Below are positions 35,333 to 47,159 of a DNA stretch of 64,000 bases, one piece after another (positions within the stretch are counted from its first letter, which is position 1; each line of letters begins with the position of its first letter). The translations under genes and the position numbers were made by a program. The stretch lies in NCBI GenBank assembly GCA_951406725.2, contig OX597814.1, positions 208,072,001-208,136,000 on the forward strand, read 5' to 3'. This DNA comes from Octopus vulgaris. Taxonomy: Eukaryota. Under the pieces are notes generated by a model, which did no database searches, was not told the DNA's origin, and saw only the letters and a program-made list of their open reading frames with translations.

Positions 35333-36779
35333 TTAAGAAATATCAGTCAAAGCTTCATGCATCACATACACAAACATTTATGCATGTATGTCAATTCAAG
35401 ATTAGTATTGTTTAAAAAAAGAAAATGGAAATGAGACATTTAAAATCCAATTTTCATACATATAACTTAAAAGAAAAGAAAAGAAAACAAAAAATACATT
35501 TTCCCAGTTTCCATTTATTAGCTAATATGACCGTAGAAGAGCCACATTACTAACCTTGAAAAATCTTGTAGCTGTGTTTAGCTTTTAGACAATAGTCATT
35601 TTGGGTTTGTAATACAAGGTATGGGAATCAGAGCAATGTTGTAATTTCTTCAGAAGATGCAAGGGTAGAAAAAGGAAAACATGCTTATTAAAATGTAAAA
35701 ACATTAGCTAGCATCAATGGAATTATAAGCAGAAAAGAGGAGAAACCAGGGAAAGAATGAAATTTAATTAAGGTGTATTCAATAAAAGGAGTTTTTAATT
35801 ATAATAAAGAAAAACCTAAATTATTGGATAATATAACAAAATTTCAATGTAAATTTCAAATCAATCAAAACTATAACAACTTGATCATTGATCTTAATTA
35901 TAAAGAAAGGACCAGCATATATCTGATCATGATCAAAAGCATTCCTACTATAATCATTCTGTCTTTATTCAATCACATCTAGGACTAAATTATCTTTGTG
36001 TTTTCTTAAGACTAAGGTGTGATTTTAGAGAGATTTGGTTTTAATACTATGATGTCAAACAACTGCATAGAGACTCATTGACTAATGATCTCTATTTATT
36101 TGGTATACATAAAGCCTATTTTGTTGTAAGCCAAGTTCACTTAACCTTAGTTCTTTTGTCATCACATTTTTCTCCTTTTGCTGGCCATACAACATTAGTA
36201 TTTGTTTTAATTAAAAACAAGGATGAAAAGCCAAATAAAGCATCTCATAAGACTTAACTCAATGTATAAAGCAATAAACTAGGTATTACAAAACAATCAA
36301 GATACCTTCCAAATGTGTTTGTGTTTCTATATACATATGTGTTTCCAAATGTGTTTGTGCTTACGGGTGGCACGTAAAAAGCACCCACTACACTCACGGA
36401 GTGGTTGGCGTTAGGAAGGGCATCCAGCCGTAGAAACACTACCAGATCAGACTGGGCCTGATGCAGCCTTCAGGCTTCACAGACCCCAGTTAAACCGTCC
36501 AACCCATGCTAGCATGGAAAGCAGACGCTAAATGATGATGATGATGATTATATGTATAATATTATATAAAATCACCATCGTTTGACATCCTCCCTCCATA
36601 AATAAATAAATATATATATATATATAATCATTTTAATGTCTACTTTTCCAAACTTTAACTGATCAAATGAGAAGGAAATATTTCCCCCGAGCATTTCAAG
36701 CAAGCAGCTGAGAAATCCCTTTCACAGAAGATAGCAAACGAATGAGACTTACACAGCTTACTTTCTTCATTGTAGGAGA

Positions 36780-37188
36780 CTTGGAAATGTCACTATGAAA
36801 GGCTGCTAAAAGCAGAGAATGCATTGGAGGAGAGAATTTCCAATGTAGACCCAATAGAGAGGCAAGCTATTCGAATCGACAGCAGCTTAGTAGATAAAGC
36901 AATTGAGGATATGAAGACCGGGAAAGCCTCTGGCCCCTCAGGAATCAATGCTGAGATACTTAAAATCTCTGGTGGAGTGGGATAAAACTTGGTCAATCGT
37001 ATAGTTAATCAGGTTGTCCACAAGGGAGTTATACCCAATGGCTGGTGTAGTAGCATTATAGTCAACTGCTACAAAGGCAAAGGTGATGCCCCAGACAGAA
37101 ATAATTACAGAGGTATTAAATTGTTAGACCAGGTGATGCAAGGTGCAGAAAGGATCATAGTTCAATCAATTAGGAAGACAGTTAATTA
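36780..37188 (+). mobile_element. Internal RTE ORF2 fragment
   Basis: MKTGKASGPSG...WCSSIIVNCYKGKGDAPDRNNYRGIKLL; homologous to about 24020-24260. Related scraps at about 10420-10790(-), 45715-45930(+) and 39860-40130(+). Confidence 0.88.
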
Positions 37189-37792
37189 CTAAAAATTTTA
37201 GGGTAATTAGCAGGAATGAAAACTGTAGTAATTAGTAAAAGCTGTAAATGTCACAATTGCAATATATGAAGCAGAAAAAAGGGATTGCATAAATAGATTT
37301 CATGAAGTTTCAAGGTAAGAGGAAACTGAATCCATGCTGAGAAATATTTTACGTCCTATTCTACAGACAAGACATTTCTCAAAACAATTCACATTATCTA
37401 CCGATCAAAGACAACTTAGCTCTACCATTCAGTAAAATGTTCACAAGAACAAAAGAATTCAAAATGTTATATAGCCTTAACTTCATAATTCAAAAACTAA
37501 AATATACATACATACACACACACACATATATATATATATACATACATATATATACACACATACATACATCTCTCTCTCTTATATACATATACTCTTCACT
37601 CTTTTACTTGTTTCAGTCATTTGACTGCGGCCATGCTGGAGCACCGCCTTTAGTCGAGCAAATCGACCCCCAGGACATATTCTTTGTAATCCTAGTACTT
37701 ATTCTATCGGTCTCTTTTGCCAAACCGCTAAGTTACGGGGACGTAAACACACCAGCATCGGTTGTCAAGCGATGTTGGGGGGACAAACACAG

Positions 37793-37835
<43 letters not shown>

Positions 37836-37840
37836 CATAT

Positions 37841-39433
37841 ATAACGGAGGAATTCAAGACAGGATGCCCTTGGGAGTTCCTCTATGCTGATGACCTTGCT
37901 CTAATTGCTGAGTCACTATCAGAACTGGAGGAGAAGTTTCAGGTGTGGAAACAAGGATTAGAATCGAAGGGCCTTAGAGTCAATCTAGCTAAAACCAAAG
38001 TCGTAATCAGTAGGAAGGTAGACAAATCACAAACGCCTTCAGGTAGATGGTCCTGCTCGATCTGTATAAAAAGTGTAGGTAGAAACTCTATAAGATGCAC
38101 CAAGTGTAAGCTATGGACACATAAGAGGTGCAGCAATGTCAAAGGAAGGCTAACTAGGAAGATGGTTTTTGTATGTGGCAGATGCTCAGGAACAATAAAC
38201 ACTGAAAATGCTCTGAGACCAACTTCCGGCACTTTCCAGGGAGAAAAACTAGAAATAGTTGATAGCTTCCTTTACCTAGATGACCAAGTCAGCAGCGGGG
38301 GCTGGTGTGCTGAAAGTGTAACTGCTATAGTAAGAATAGCTTGGGCAAAGTTCAGAGAGCTCTTACCTCTGCTGGTGACAAAAGGCCTCTCACACAGAGT
38401 AAAAGGCAGACTGTATGATGCGTGTGTACGAACAGCCATGCTACATGGCAGTGAAACATGGGCCGTGACTGCTAAGGATATGCGTAAGCTCGCAAGAAAT
38501 GAAGCCAGTATGCTCCGATGGATGTGTAATGTCAGTACTCTTACTCGACAGAGTGTAAGTACCTTGAGAGAAAAGCTGAACCTAAGAAGCATCAGTTGTG
38601 GTGTGCAAGAGAGATGTTTGCGCTGGTATGGGCATGTAGCGAGAATAGATGAAGATAGTTGTGTGAAAAAGTGCCACATCCTAACGGTTGAGGGAACCTG
38701 TGGAAGAGGCAAGACCCAAGAAAACCTGGGACGAGGTGGTCAAGCACGACCTTCGAACTTTAGGTCTCACTGAGGAAATGACTAGAGACCGAGACCTCTG
38801 GAAGTATGCTGTGCGCGAGAAGACCCGGCAGGACAAGTGAGTCCATAACCCGTGGCCTTCTACATGGGATGGAGCCAGCCTACGTATGCATACCTTCCCT
38901 TCTTGGGACACAAAACTCTACTTGTGAAGACCTGTTGAGGCAAGTGAGGATCAGAATCGAAATCGTTCAATGGAAATTGCAGATGTGTTACCAGTGCTGG
39001 TGGCACGTAAGAGAACCATCCGTTCGTGACCGTTGCCAGCGCCACCCCGACTGGCCTCATGCCGGTGGCACGTAAAAAGCACCATCTGTTCGTGTCCGTT
39101 GCCAGCCTCGCCTGGCCCCCATGCCGGTGGCACGTAAAAGCACCATCCGACCGTGGCCGTTGCCAGCTTCGTCTGGTCTCCGTGCCGGTGGCACGTAAAA
39201 GCACCATCCGTTCGTGGCCGTTTGCCAGCTCCGTCTGGCACCTGTGTGGGTGGCACGTAAAAAGCACCCACTACACTCACAGAGTGGTTGGTGTTAGGAA
39301 GGGCATCCAGCCGTAGAAACACTGCCAGATCAGACTGGGTCTGATGCAGCCTTCTGGCTTCACAGACCCCAGTTGAACCGTCCAACCCATGCTAGCATGG
39401 AAAGCGGACGCTAAATGGTGATGACGATGATGA
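37841..39433 (+). mobile_element. 5'-truncated younger RTE LINE (RT C-terminal half, PHD, 3'UTR repeat array, (GAT)n tail) inserted into a SINE
   Basis: FLYADDLALI...LHGSETW...; one late frameshift; 3'UTR ends ccaacccatgctagcatggaaagcggacgctaaa(tga)n. Splits a SINE-A copy at its TA tract. Confidence 0.95.
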
Positions 39434-40686
39434 TATATGATGGGCTTCTTTCAGTTTCTGTCTACCAAATCCACTCACACGGCTTTGGTCAGCCCGAGGC
39501 TATAGTAGAAGACACTTTCCCAAGGTGCCACGCAGTGGGACTGAACCCGGAACCATGTGGTTGGTAAGCAAGCTACTTACCACACAGCCACTCCTGCGCC
39601 TATATATATTTATATATATATTTCTATATCTCTATCTCTATTTTTTCACAAAAGACAGTTTTGATTATATTAAAAATTTACAGTAATATTTCCAAGTAAT
39701 TTTCTCTTCTCTTTAATTACCATCAATCTCCACAGCAAATAGGGGCATATACTATCAGTACTAATTTTTTTTTGGTGGAGGGTAAAGGCAGTTTAATTAA
39801 GAGCTATTACCTCTGCTAGCAACAAAGGGTCCTCCCTTAGAGAGAGAGAGAGAGAGAGAGAGAAAGCTTGATTGTATGTTGCATGTGTATGAAATGCAAT
39901 GTTGCATGGTAGCAAAACCTGGGTACTAAACATGGAGAAGGCGTGAAAGCATGCTCTACTAGATGTGTAATGTTAGTGTTTATGAACTATGAAAGACAAT
40001 GAGCTAAGAGAATAACTAGGTAAAAGAGAAATCAGACAAATGTGCAAGAGTGGAGATTACACTAGTATGGACATATGATGTGGGTAGTAGGGTAAAGAAA
40101 TGCCAAGTGATCGAAGATGGAACATGTGAAAGTTATTAAATATTAAACTCACCCAATTATGTAATCATGGATAATAAGGGGAGAAGCTAATTTTTCTGAC
40201 ACCAATTATGAAATAATATGGCAAAAGACATTCCAACTATACACATCCTATTGTAATTCATTTTTATAACCCATTTCAATAAACATACCCTTCCTTTCTA
40301 GCACCCCCTCGAAGTAACTTGTTTCTTAATTCTCCTATTTGATATTCTTTCACCTTGCTTGGCTTCTTTGTATCTATATTCAGCCTATTGCTTATATAAG
40401 CTTTATTCTTTCTTATTCATTGTCACAACCTCATGTAATAAACATTATGTTTTTGTGGTGAGGAGTTGTATAATAATAATAAAACATTGTGTACAGTGCT
40501 CATAACTAGAAGTAGTGAAAACTGATCTAAAGATATTGAATCTAATAAGAGATGGCAAATAGAGAGATGCTATGCAAGAAAACACTAATTCAATCCATGC
40601 ATGGAATAACAAGAAAAAGTGATGATAATGGCAGTAAAAGATAAATGTTAAATAAGAAGTGTAAAGTTGTAAAGTCTTGTACTTAC

Positions 40687-40767
40687 TCTACAAACTGTCT
40701 CTGCAGGAAAACGTTGCACTAAAAGCTTGATCAATACATCTTCATAATTCACGATGAGAGCATCACA
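40687..40767 (-). CDS. Prosaposin-like exon
   Basis: ttgtag| CDALIVNYEDVLIKLLVQRFPAETVCR |gtaagt. Confidence 0.93.
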
Positions 40768-41241
40768 CTACAAAACATATGATTTTTAATGTAATGAAAT
40801 TAGCTTCATTTTACACGGTTTTTTTTCTTCAGGATTTAATGGCATATGTGAAACCAATACGAACAGGCTTGGAAAGGATTTGCTAGGAAACAAACATTCT
40901 GATACAGGAAATGCATAAAATTTCATAACTCCATGAAAAACTTTCTTGCAAAAGAAATATTAAACAAACAAAAGAAAAAAAAAAAAAAAAAAAAAATGGA
41001 TCCGTTTACTTCCATGTAGTATAAATTTGAATACATATTTTCTAATATTTCTATGTTGGGCTGAAGATCTAACTTGGACTTCTCTAAGCATTTTGACTAG
41101 AAAGTGGGCCCCGCCTATATCATGGATAAGAACTGTCTTGTAGAGAAATAGTATGTTTCAATAGAAACAAAAAAAACTTTATAATGTGAAATTAAACTGG
41201 TGTGTTTGTGACTGGAATTATAACAGATGTCAGATGAGCTA

Positions 41242-42285
41242 CAGAGCTTGGACAAAATAATGGAAACAATTAGCATCATAATTTTGAAATATCTATAAAA
41301 CTGTCAAAAGCTTGTTTATTTCTATGCTTTTTGATTTATTATTAGTGTTGCTCAATATGTTTTGCTAAAATTGCTGTTTCTTTTCAGATATCATCAGAAA
41401 AAGTTGATTAAAATTTATTAAAATGACAGATCAATTGAATTTTTAAACAGGTCAAATTGTTGGTGCTCGTATGGCAGGCATAAGCATACTGAATACAGCT
41501 GAAATGCTTGGTGTATCAAGAAGTATTGTCTCGAAAGTAATGACAGCCTTTGAAAAAGAGAGAAAAACCTTCTTGTTGAAACAAAACTCCGGAAGAAAAC
41601 CAAAACTTTCAGGTAGGGAGTGGAGTAAAAACCTACAGAATTGGTTCCCAGAGCAGTAGAAGAAGGTTATTTTCTCAGATGAGTCATCCTTTACCTTATT
41701 TCTCACCACTGACGGAGTATACACGAGTTGACAGCCAAAAGAAGCATTTGACCCAGACTGCCTTCTTCCAACTGTTAAGCATGGAAGATCTGTGATGATC
41801 TGGAGGGGGGGGGGCTATATTTTGGAAATCCACCAGCCCAATGGTTACCCACTTAATGGTAGAATTAATAGTCAAGACTATTTAAGCATTTTATGTGATC
41901 AAATTCATCTGCAGGGAAACCCAATCTTTCAGGATGATAATGCCCCAATTCACACAGTTAAAGTTATTACTGAATGGCACAAGGAACATACTAGTGAAGT
42001 TGAACATTTTATCTGGCCACCACTGTCCCCAGATCTCAATATTATTGAACATTTATGGTGAATTTTAGAAAAACAAGGAGTCGATATCCTCCATCATCAC
42101 TACAAGAACTGGAGACTGCTGTAGCTGAAGAATGGACAAAAATTCCTTTGGAAACAATTCAAACTGTGTATGAGTCGATACCTCAGAGGATTCAAGCTGT
42201 AATTACTGCCAAAGGTGGTCCTACCCATATTAAAATAAATTTGTTTGAAATTCTAAGGTGTTTCCATTATTTTGTCCAACTCTTG
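41242..42285 (+). mobile_element. Tc1-family DNA transposon relic (DD36E spacing)
   Basis: TIRs ca(gagc/agag)ttggacaaaataatggaaaca with flanking TA; IFSDESSF, FQDDNAPIH and WPPLSPDLNIIEHLW; frameshifted and internally deleted. Confidence 0.93.
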
Positions 42286-42730
42286 TACTTCAATACTTCT
42301 TTAATTTTAAAGTACTATGCCATTCATTTTTTATCATAAAATCTTTTTGGTAGTTCTGTGTTAGAGATGTAGATGGGTGAACACAATTTGAAGATACTCA
42401 TTAATAATGAAAATGTTAACATCACAATTATTTAACCTTTTTGATAGCAGCTCATCTGAGACTACTCCAGGTTTTAGGACACAAATTCTTGTTTTAATTT
42501 TAATCAAAACATATTTTTTATGTTTCAAACACTAGCTTAATAAAGTTATTTCACAAAATTTTTCATTATCATAAAAATATCTGAAACAAGAGCCAATTAT
42601 TTTAACAGAAATAAATTAGTATATTTAATGGAATTTCTCTTTTCAGTGATTTTAGGATTAAATCTAAATGGACATCATGTCACAAATTTTAAACTAATTA
42701 TTTGAGAAATAAATTGGAATAATAACTTTG

Positions 42731-43336
42731 GTAAAAGCACCATCCGTTCGTGGCCGTTTGCCAGCTCTGTCTGGCCCCGTGTCGGTGGCACGTAAAAGCA
42801 CCATCCGTTCGTGTCCGTTGCCAGCCTCGGCTGGCCCCCGTTCCGGTGACACGTAAAAGCACCGTCCGCTCGTGGCCGTTTGCCAGCTCTGTCTGGCAAC
42901 CGTGTCGGTGGCACGTAAAAGCACCATCCGTTCGCGTCCGTTGCCAACCTCGGCTGGCCCCCGTGCCGGTGACACGTAAAAGCACCGTCCGTTCGTGGAC
43001 GGTTGCCAGCTCTGTCTGGCCCCGTGTCGGTGGCACGTAAAAGCACCATCCGTTCATGTCCGTTGCCAGCATCGCCTGGCCCCGTGCCGGTGACACGTAA
43101 AAGCACCATCCGTTCGTGGCCGTTCGCCAGCTCTGTCTGGCACCTGTGCAGGTGGCACGTAAAAAACACCCACTACACTCGCGGAGTGGTTGGCGTTAGG
43201 AAGGGCATCCAGCCGTAGAAACACTGCCAGATCTGACTGGGCCTGACGAAGCCTTCCAGCTTCACAGACCCCAGTTGACCCGTCCAACCCATGCTAGCAT
43301 GGAAAACGGATGCTAAACGATGATGATGATGATGAT
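42731..43336 (+). mobile_element. RTE 3'UTR fragment with seven ~60-bp tandem units and a (GAT)n tail
   Basis: Same terminus as 39433. Other copies at about 1-130(-), 1491-1725(-), 3003-3230(+), 10851-11245(-), 33712-34050(-), 36365-36548(+), 44617-45023(-), 47160-47760(+) and 54350-54699(+). Confidence 0.9.
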
Positions 43337-43389
43337 ATTCCCACTAAGCAGTTTAAACACAAAAATAAATTTAGAAAATCCAGCCTTAC

Positions 43390-43526
43390 CTCTTTTCTCA
43401 CTTCTTCACTTATTTCCTCACATATTTTGTCAACCACTTTCCTTATCTCTGCTTCAGTAGTTTTTGAAGCAATTCTTTCTTCTATTTCCTTAACCACGAA
43501 TTTACAAGCGTAACATCCAGGGAAAG
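43390..43526 (-). CDS. Prosaposin-like exon
   Basis: gaatag| (S)FPGCYACKFVVKEIEERIASKTTEAEIRKVVDKICEEISEEVRKE |gtaagg. Confidence 0.93.
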
Positions 43527-44271
43527 CTATTCATAATTGTAAGGAAAAAGAATGAAAATGAAAATTAAACAGTGATTAAAAATGTTATAGAAGTACTGTG
43601 AACCCTTAAGCTAGAATATTGGCTAAACAGAATGAAATCCAGGTTAAGAAAAATGACTTAAGATTGCCTTCTGTTACTATTTTTGAATATCAATGAATAT
43701 TAATGTGTGCACTACACAACCACCAAAATGATAAATTTATTAAATATTAAACTCAGCCAATTATGTAATCATGGATAATAAGGGGAGAAGCTAATTTTTC
43801 TGATACCAATTATGAAATAATATGGCAAAAGACATTCAAACTGTACACATCCTTTTGTAATTCATTTTTATAACCCATTTCAATAAACATACCCTTCCTT
43901 TCTAGCGCCCCCTCGAAGTAACTTGTTTCTTAATTCTCCTATTTGATATTCTTTCACCTTGCTTGGCTTCTTTGTATCTATATTCGGCCTATTGCTTATA
44001 TAAGCTTTATTCTTTCTTATTCATTGTCACAACCTCATGTAATAAACATTATGTTTTTGTGGTGAGGAGTTGTATAATAATAATAAAACATTGTGTACAG
44101 TGCTCAGGTGCACTACAACCCATCTAAAGTGTATGTATAGTACATAGGGTAATGTACAAGCGTCAGGAAAATAACAGTGCATGAGTCATGACATACACAT
44201 ATGTGTATGAGTATGGAAGGAGGACAATCAGGTGTAGTTTCGGCAGATTTCGGAAAGCATGAGGGCCTTAA

Positions 44272-44475
44272 CCCTTTAGTGTTTAAACCGGCCAAATCCG
44301 GCCCAAAATATTCTACATATTTTATATTCAAACTGGCCATATCTAGCCTCTCACACCTAACCTACAATGCCATTCTAAAAATAAACAATCACATCACTGA
44401 AACCTCAAAGCTATAACATAATGCATTTGAGTGAAAAAGTATTACATTTAACAGAGTAATCTGAACACTAAAGGG
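44272..44475. mobile_element. piggyBac-type MITE (TTAA TSD)
   Basis: TTAA|CCCTTTAGTGTT...AACACTAAAGGG|TTAA inside a CR1 fragment; the empty site gagggccTTAAaggatgc is seen at about 15844. Second copy at 52137-52347. Confidence 0.92.
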
Positions 44476-46087
44476 TTAAAGGATGCAGTGTCATGGCAGT
44501 CAACAGGTATGTATAAATCTGAAGAAAATTCATTACCTGAAACTGATTTCCTTAATAAAAATTCTGTTTCAGTTATAATTTCAGACATTTTCAAATAGCC
44601 TAAAGTTTATATCTTTATCATCATCATTATCGTTTAACATCCGTTTTCTGTGCTAGCATGGGTTGGACGGTTCGACTGGGGTCTGGGAAGCCAGGAGGCT
44701 GCACCAGGCTCCAGTCTGATCTGGCAGTGTTTCTACAGCTGGATGCCCTTCCTAACGCCAACCACTCCGTGAGTGTAGTGGGTGCTTTTTACGTTCCACC
44801 TGCACAGGTGCCAGGGGAGTCTGGCATCGGCCACGATCGGTTGGTGCTTTTAACGTGCCACGTTCGGATGGTGCTTTTTATGTGCCACCGGCACAGAAGC
44901 CAGTCGAGGTGGCGCTGGCATCAGCCACGTTCGGATGGTGCTTTTTATGTGCCACCGGCACAGAAGCCAGTCGAGGCGGCACTGGCATCGGCCACGTTCG
45001 GATGGTGCTTTTTATGTGCCACTGGCTCATTGAGTAATATTTATCAGACTAATAGTTTCAGTACGGTAGCTGAGTTTGCACTGTCAATAACCATCACACA
45101 CTGTCAATAACCATCACATACAAAACACAGTTGTGTTACTTGGCAATTTTCTTTGATATTTCAGCAATTAAACATATTTTGGCCTTGTTACATCATAGCT
45201 TCAAGAGTAATAAATTCTGTTCAAGTAATGTGACAAATGGGTGCATGTTATCGACAGGCTCCAAGAAGGGCAAAATGCATCTAAATTTATGAGTTGCTGC
45301 TAAGATGATGTTTGTTTCACTTCAGCATATATTGTTTTTAATGTCTAAGAAGAGATTTTCTCTCAGACAAAAACTACCAGCATGAGCCATGTAGCTCCTC
45401 TACAACAAGAATCTGCTCTACTCAAACCACTTCCCTCGTATCATAACCAACCCCTATCAAGCATCTGGAGGTAACATTCTTCCTCCTTGGGTTTGTTGAA
45501 TTGCAAGCTACATGGTAACCTCAATGCTGGTGGCATGAAAAAAGCACTCAGTAGACACTGTAAAGTGGTTGGCATTAGGAAGGGCATCCAACTGTAGGAA
45601 CCATGCCAACCCACATCAGCATGGAACATGGACATTAAATGATGACAGATGGTTATTTTAATGGAATACTGCTTGAATTGCCTTCAATTTTTTTTTTACA
45701 ACCCAGCAAGCACTCAGTAAAGGCAATTAAGGATATGAAGACAGGGAAAGCACTTGGTCCACTGGGAGTTATTGCTGTGATACTTAATATATCTAGTAGA
45801 GCGGGATACAGTCTGGTCACTTGTATAGTTAATCAGGTTATTCAGGAAGGCATCATCTCCAATGACTGCTGTAGCAGTATTAGTCAGCTGCTACAAGAAT
45901 AAGATGCCTTAGATAGAATTAATTACAGAGGTGCAGGAGTGGCTTACGAACCACATGGTTCCGGGTTCAGTCTCACTGCGTGGCACCTTGGGCAAGTGTC
46001 TTCTATTATAGCCTCGGGCTGACCAAAGCCTTGTGAGTGGATTTGGTAGACAGAAACTGAAAGAAGCCCGTCGTATATATGTATGTA

Positions 46088-46148
<61 letters not shown>

Positions 46149-46286
46149 CACACAGTTACGGGGACGTAAACACACCAGCATCGGTTGTCAAGCGATGTTG
46201 GGGGGACAAACACACACAAACGTATACACACACACACACACATACATCATCATCATCATCATCATCATCATCAACGGACGTTAAAC

Positions 46287-46317
<31 letters not shown>

Positions 46318-47159
46318 TATGTGTGTGTGTGTGTATACGTTTGTGTGTGTTTGTCCCCCCAACATCGCTTGACAACCGATGCTGGTGTGTTTACGTCCCC
46401 GTAACTTAGCGGTTCGGCAAAAGAGACCAATAGAATAAATACTAGGCATATAAAGAATAAGTCCTGGGGTCGATTTGCTCGACTAAAAGGCAGTGCTCCA
46501 GCATGGCCGCAGTCAAATGACTTAAACAAGTAAAAGAGTATTGGCAGCAAATTACTGGACCAGGTCGTAAAATTAATTAGGACAAATTAATTAGGTGTCT
46601 TGCTGTAGAGTAGATACATGGATACCCAGTTGAAAGAGAAAGGAGAGTGTGTCAGAAAGATAAATAGAGCGATAGTGAGAGAGATAGTGGTAAAGGTGTG
46701 TCATGACATGCCTATAAGTGAGGTGGTACAGACGTTTGGACTGGGTGAGTGGGCAGGAAAGAGATGAATGTTGCAAATGGAGAGAAATATAGGAGAGCTC
46801 AAGGGTGGGGGTTGCAGTGGAGTTACGAGTGCATTGAGGGTGAAAGCAGATGAGCTGTTAATGGACAACACAGGGGAGATAAAGCACACCTTTAATGTTT
46901 CATCCAACCAAAATGCAAATATATGGGAAACTACCACCTGTGTCATCTCATGTGAAGGGTAAGAGAGTCCAGTTTGCTGGACATTGTTGTAGAGCTGAAA
47001 GGGCATCCAACCACAGAAACCATGCCAAAACAGACAATGTAGCCCGGTGCAGCTCTTGGCCTTACTAGCTTCTGTCAAACCATCCAACCCATACCAGAAT
47101 GGTGATACTGTAATGTTAGTTTTATGAAATACCGGTTTTATATAGGAAATTGTAGACAT

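Noticed and set aside
42731-43170. CRISPR-like array (constant core plus variable spacer, ~60-bp period)
   Set aside because: The 'spacers' are homologous to each other, there are no cas genes, the context is eukaryotic, and the array is the 3'UTR of an RTE LINE.
45080-45119. 20-bp tandem duplication cactgtcaataaccatcaca
   Set aside because: Ordinary slippage duplication with no further structure.
46156-46449. Poly-His/poly-Asp ORFs
   Set aside because: Products of the (CAT)n/(GAT)n palindrome.
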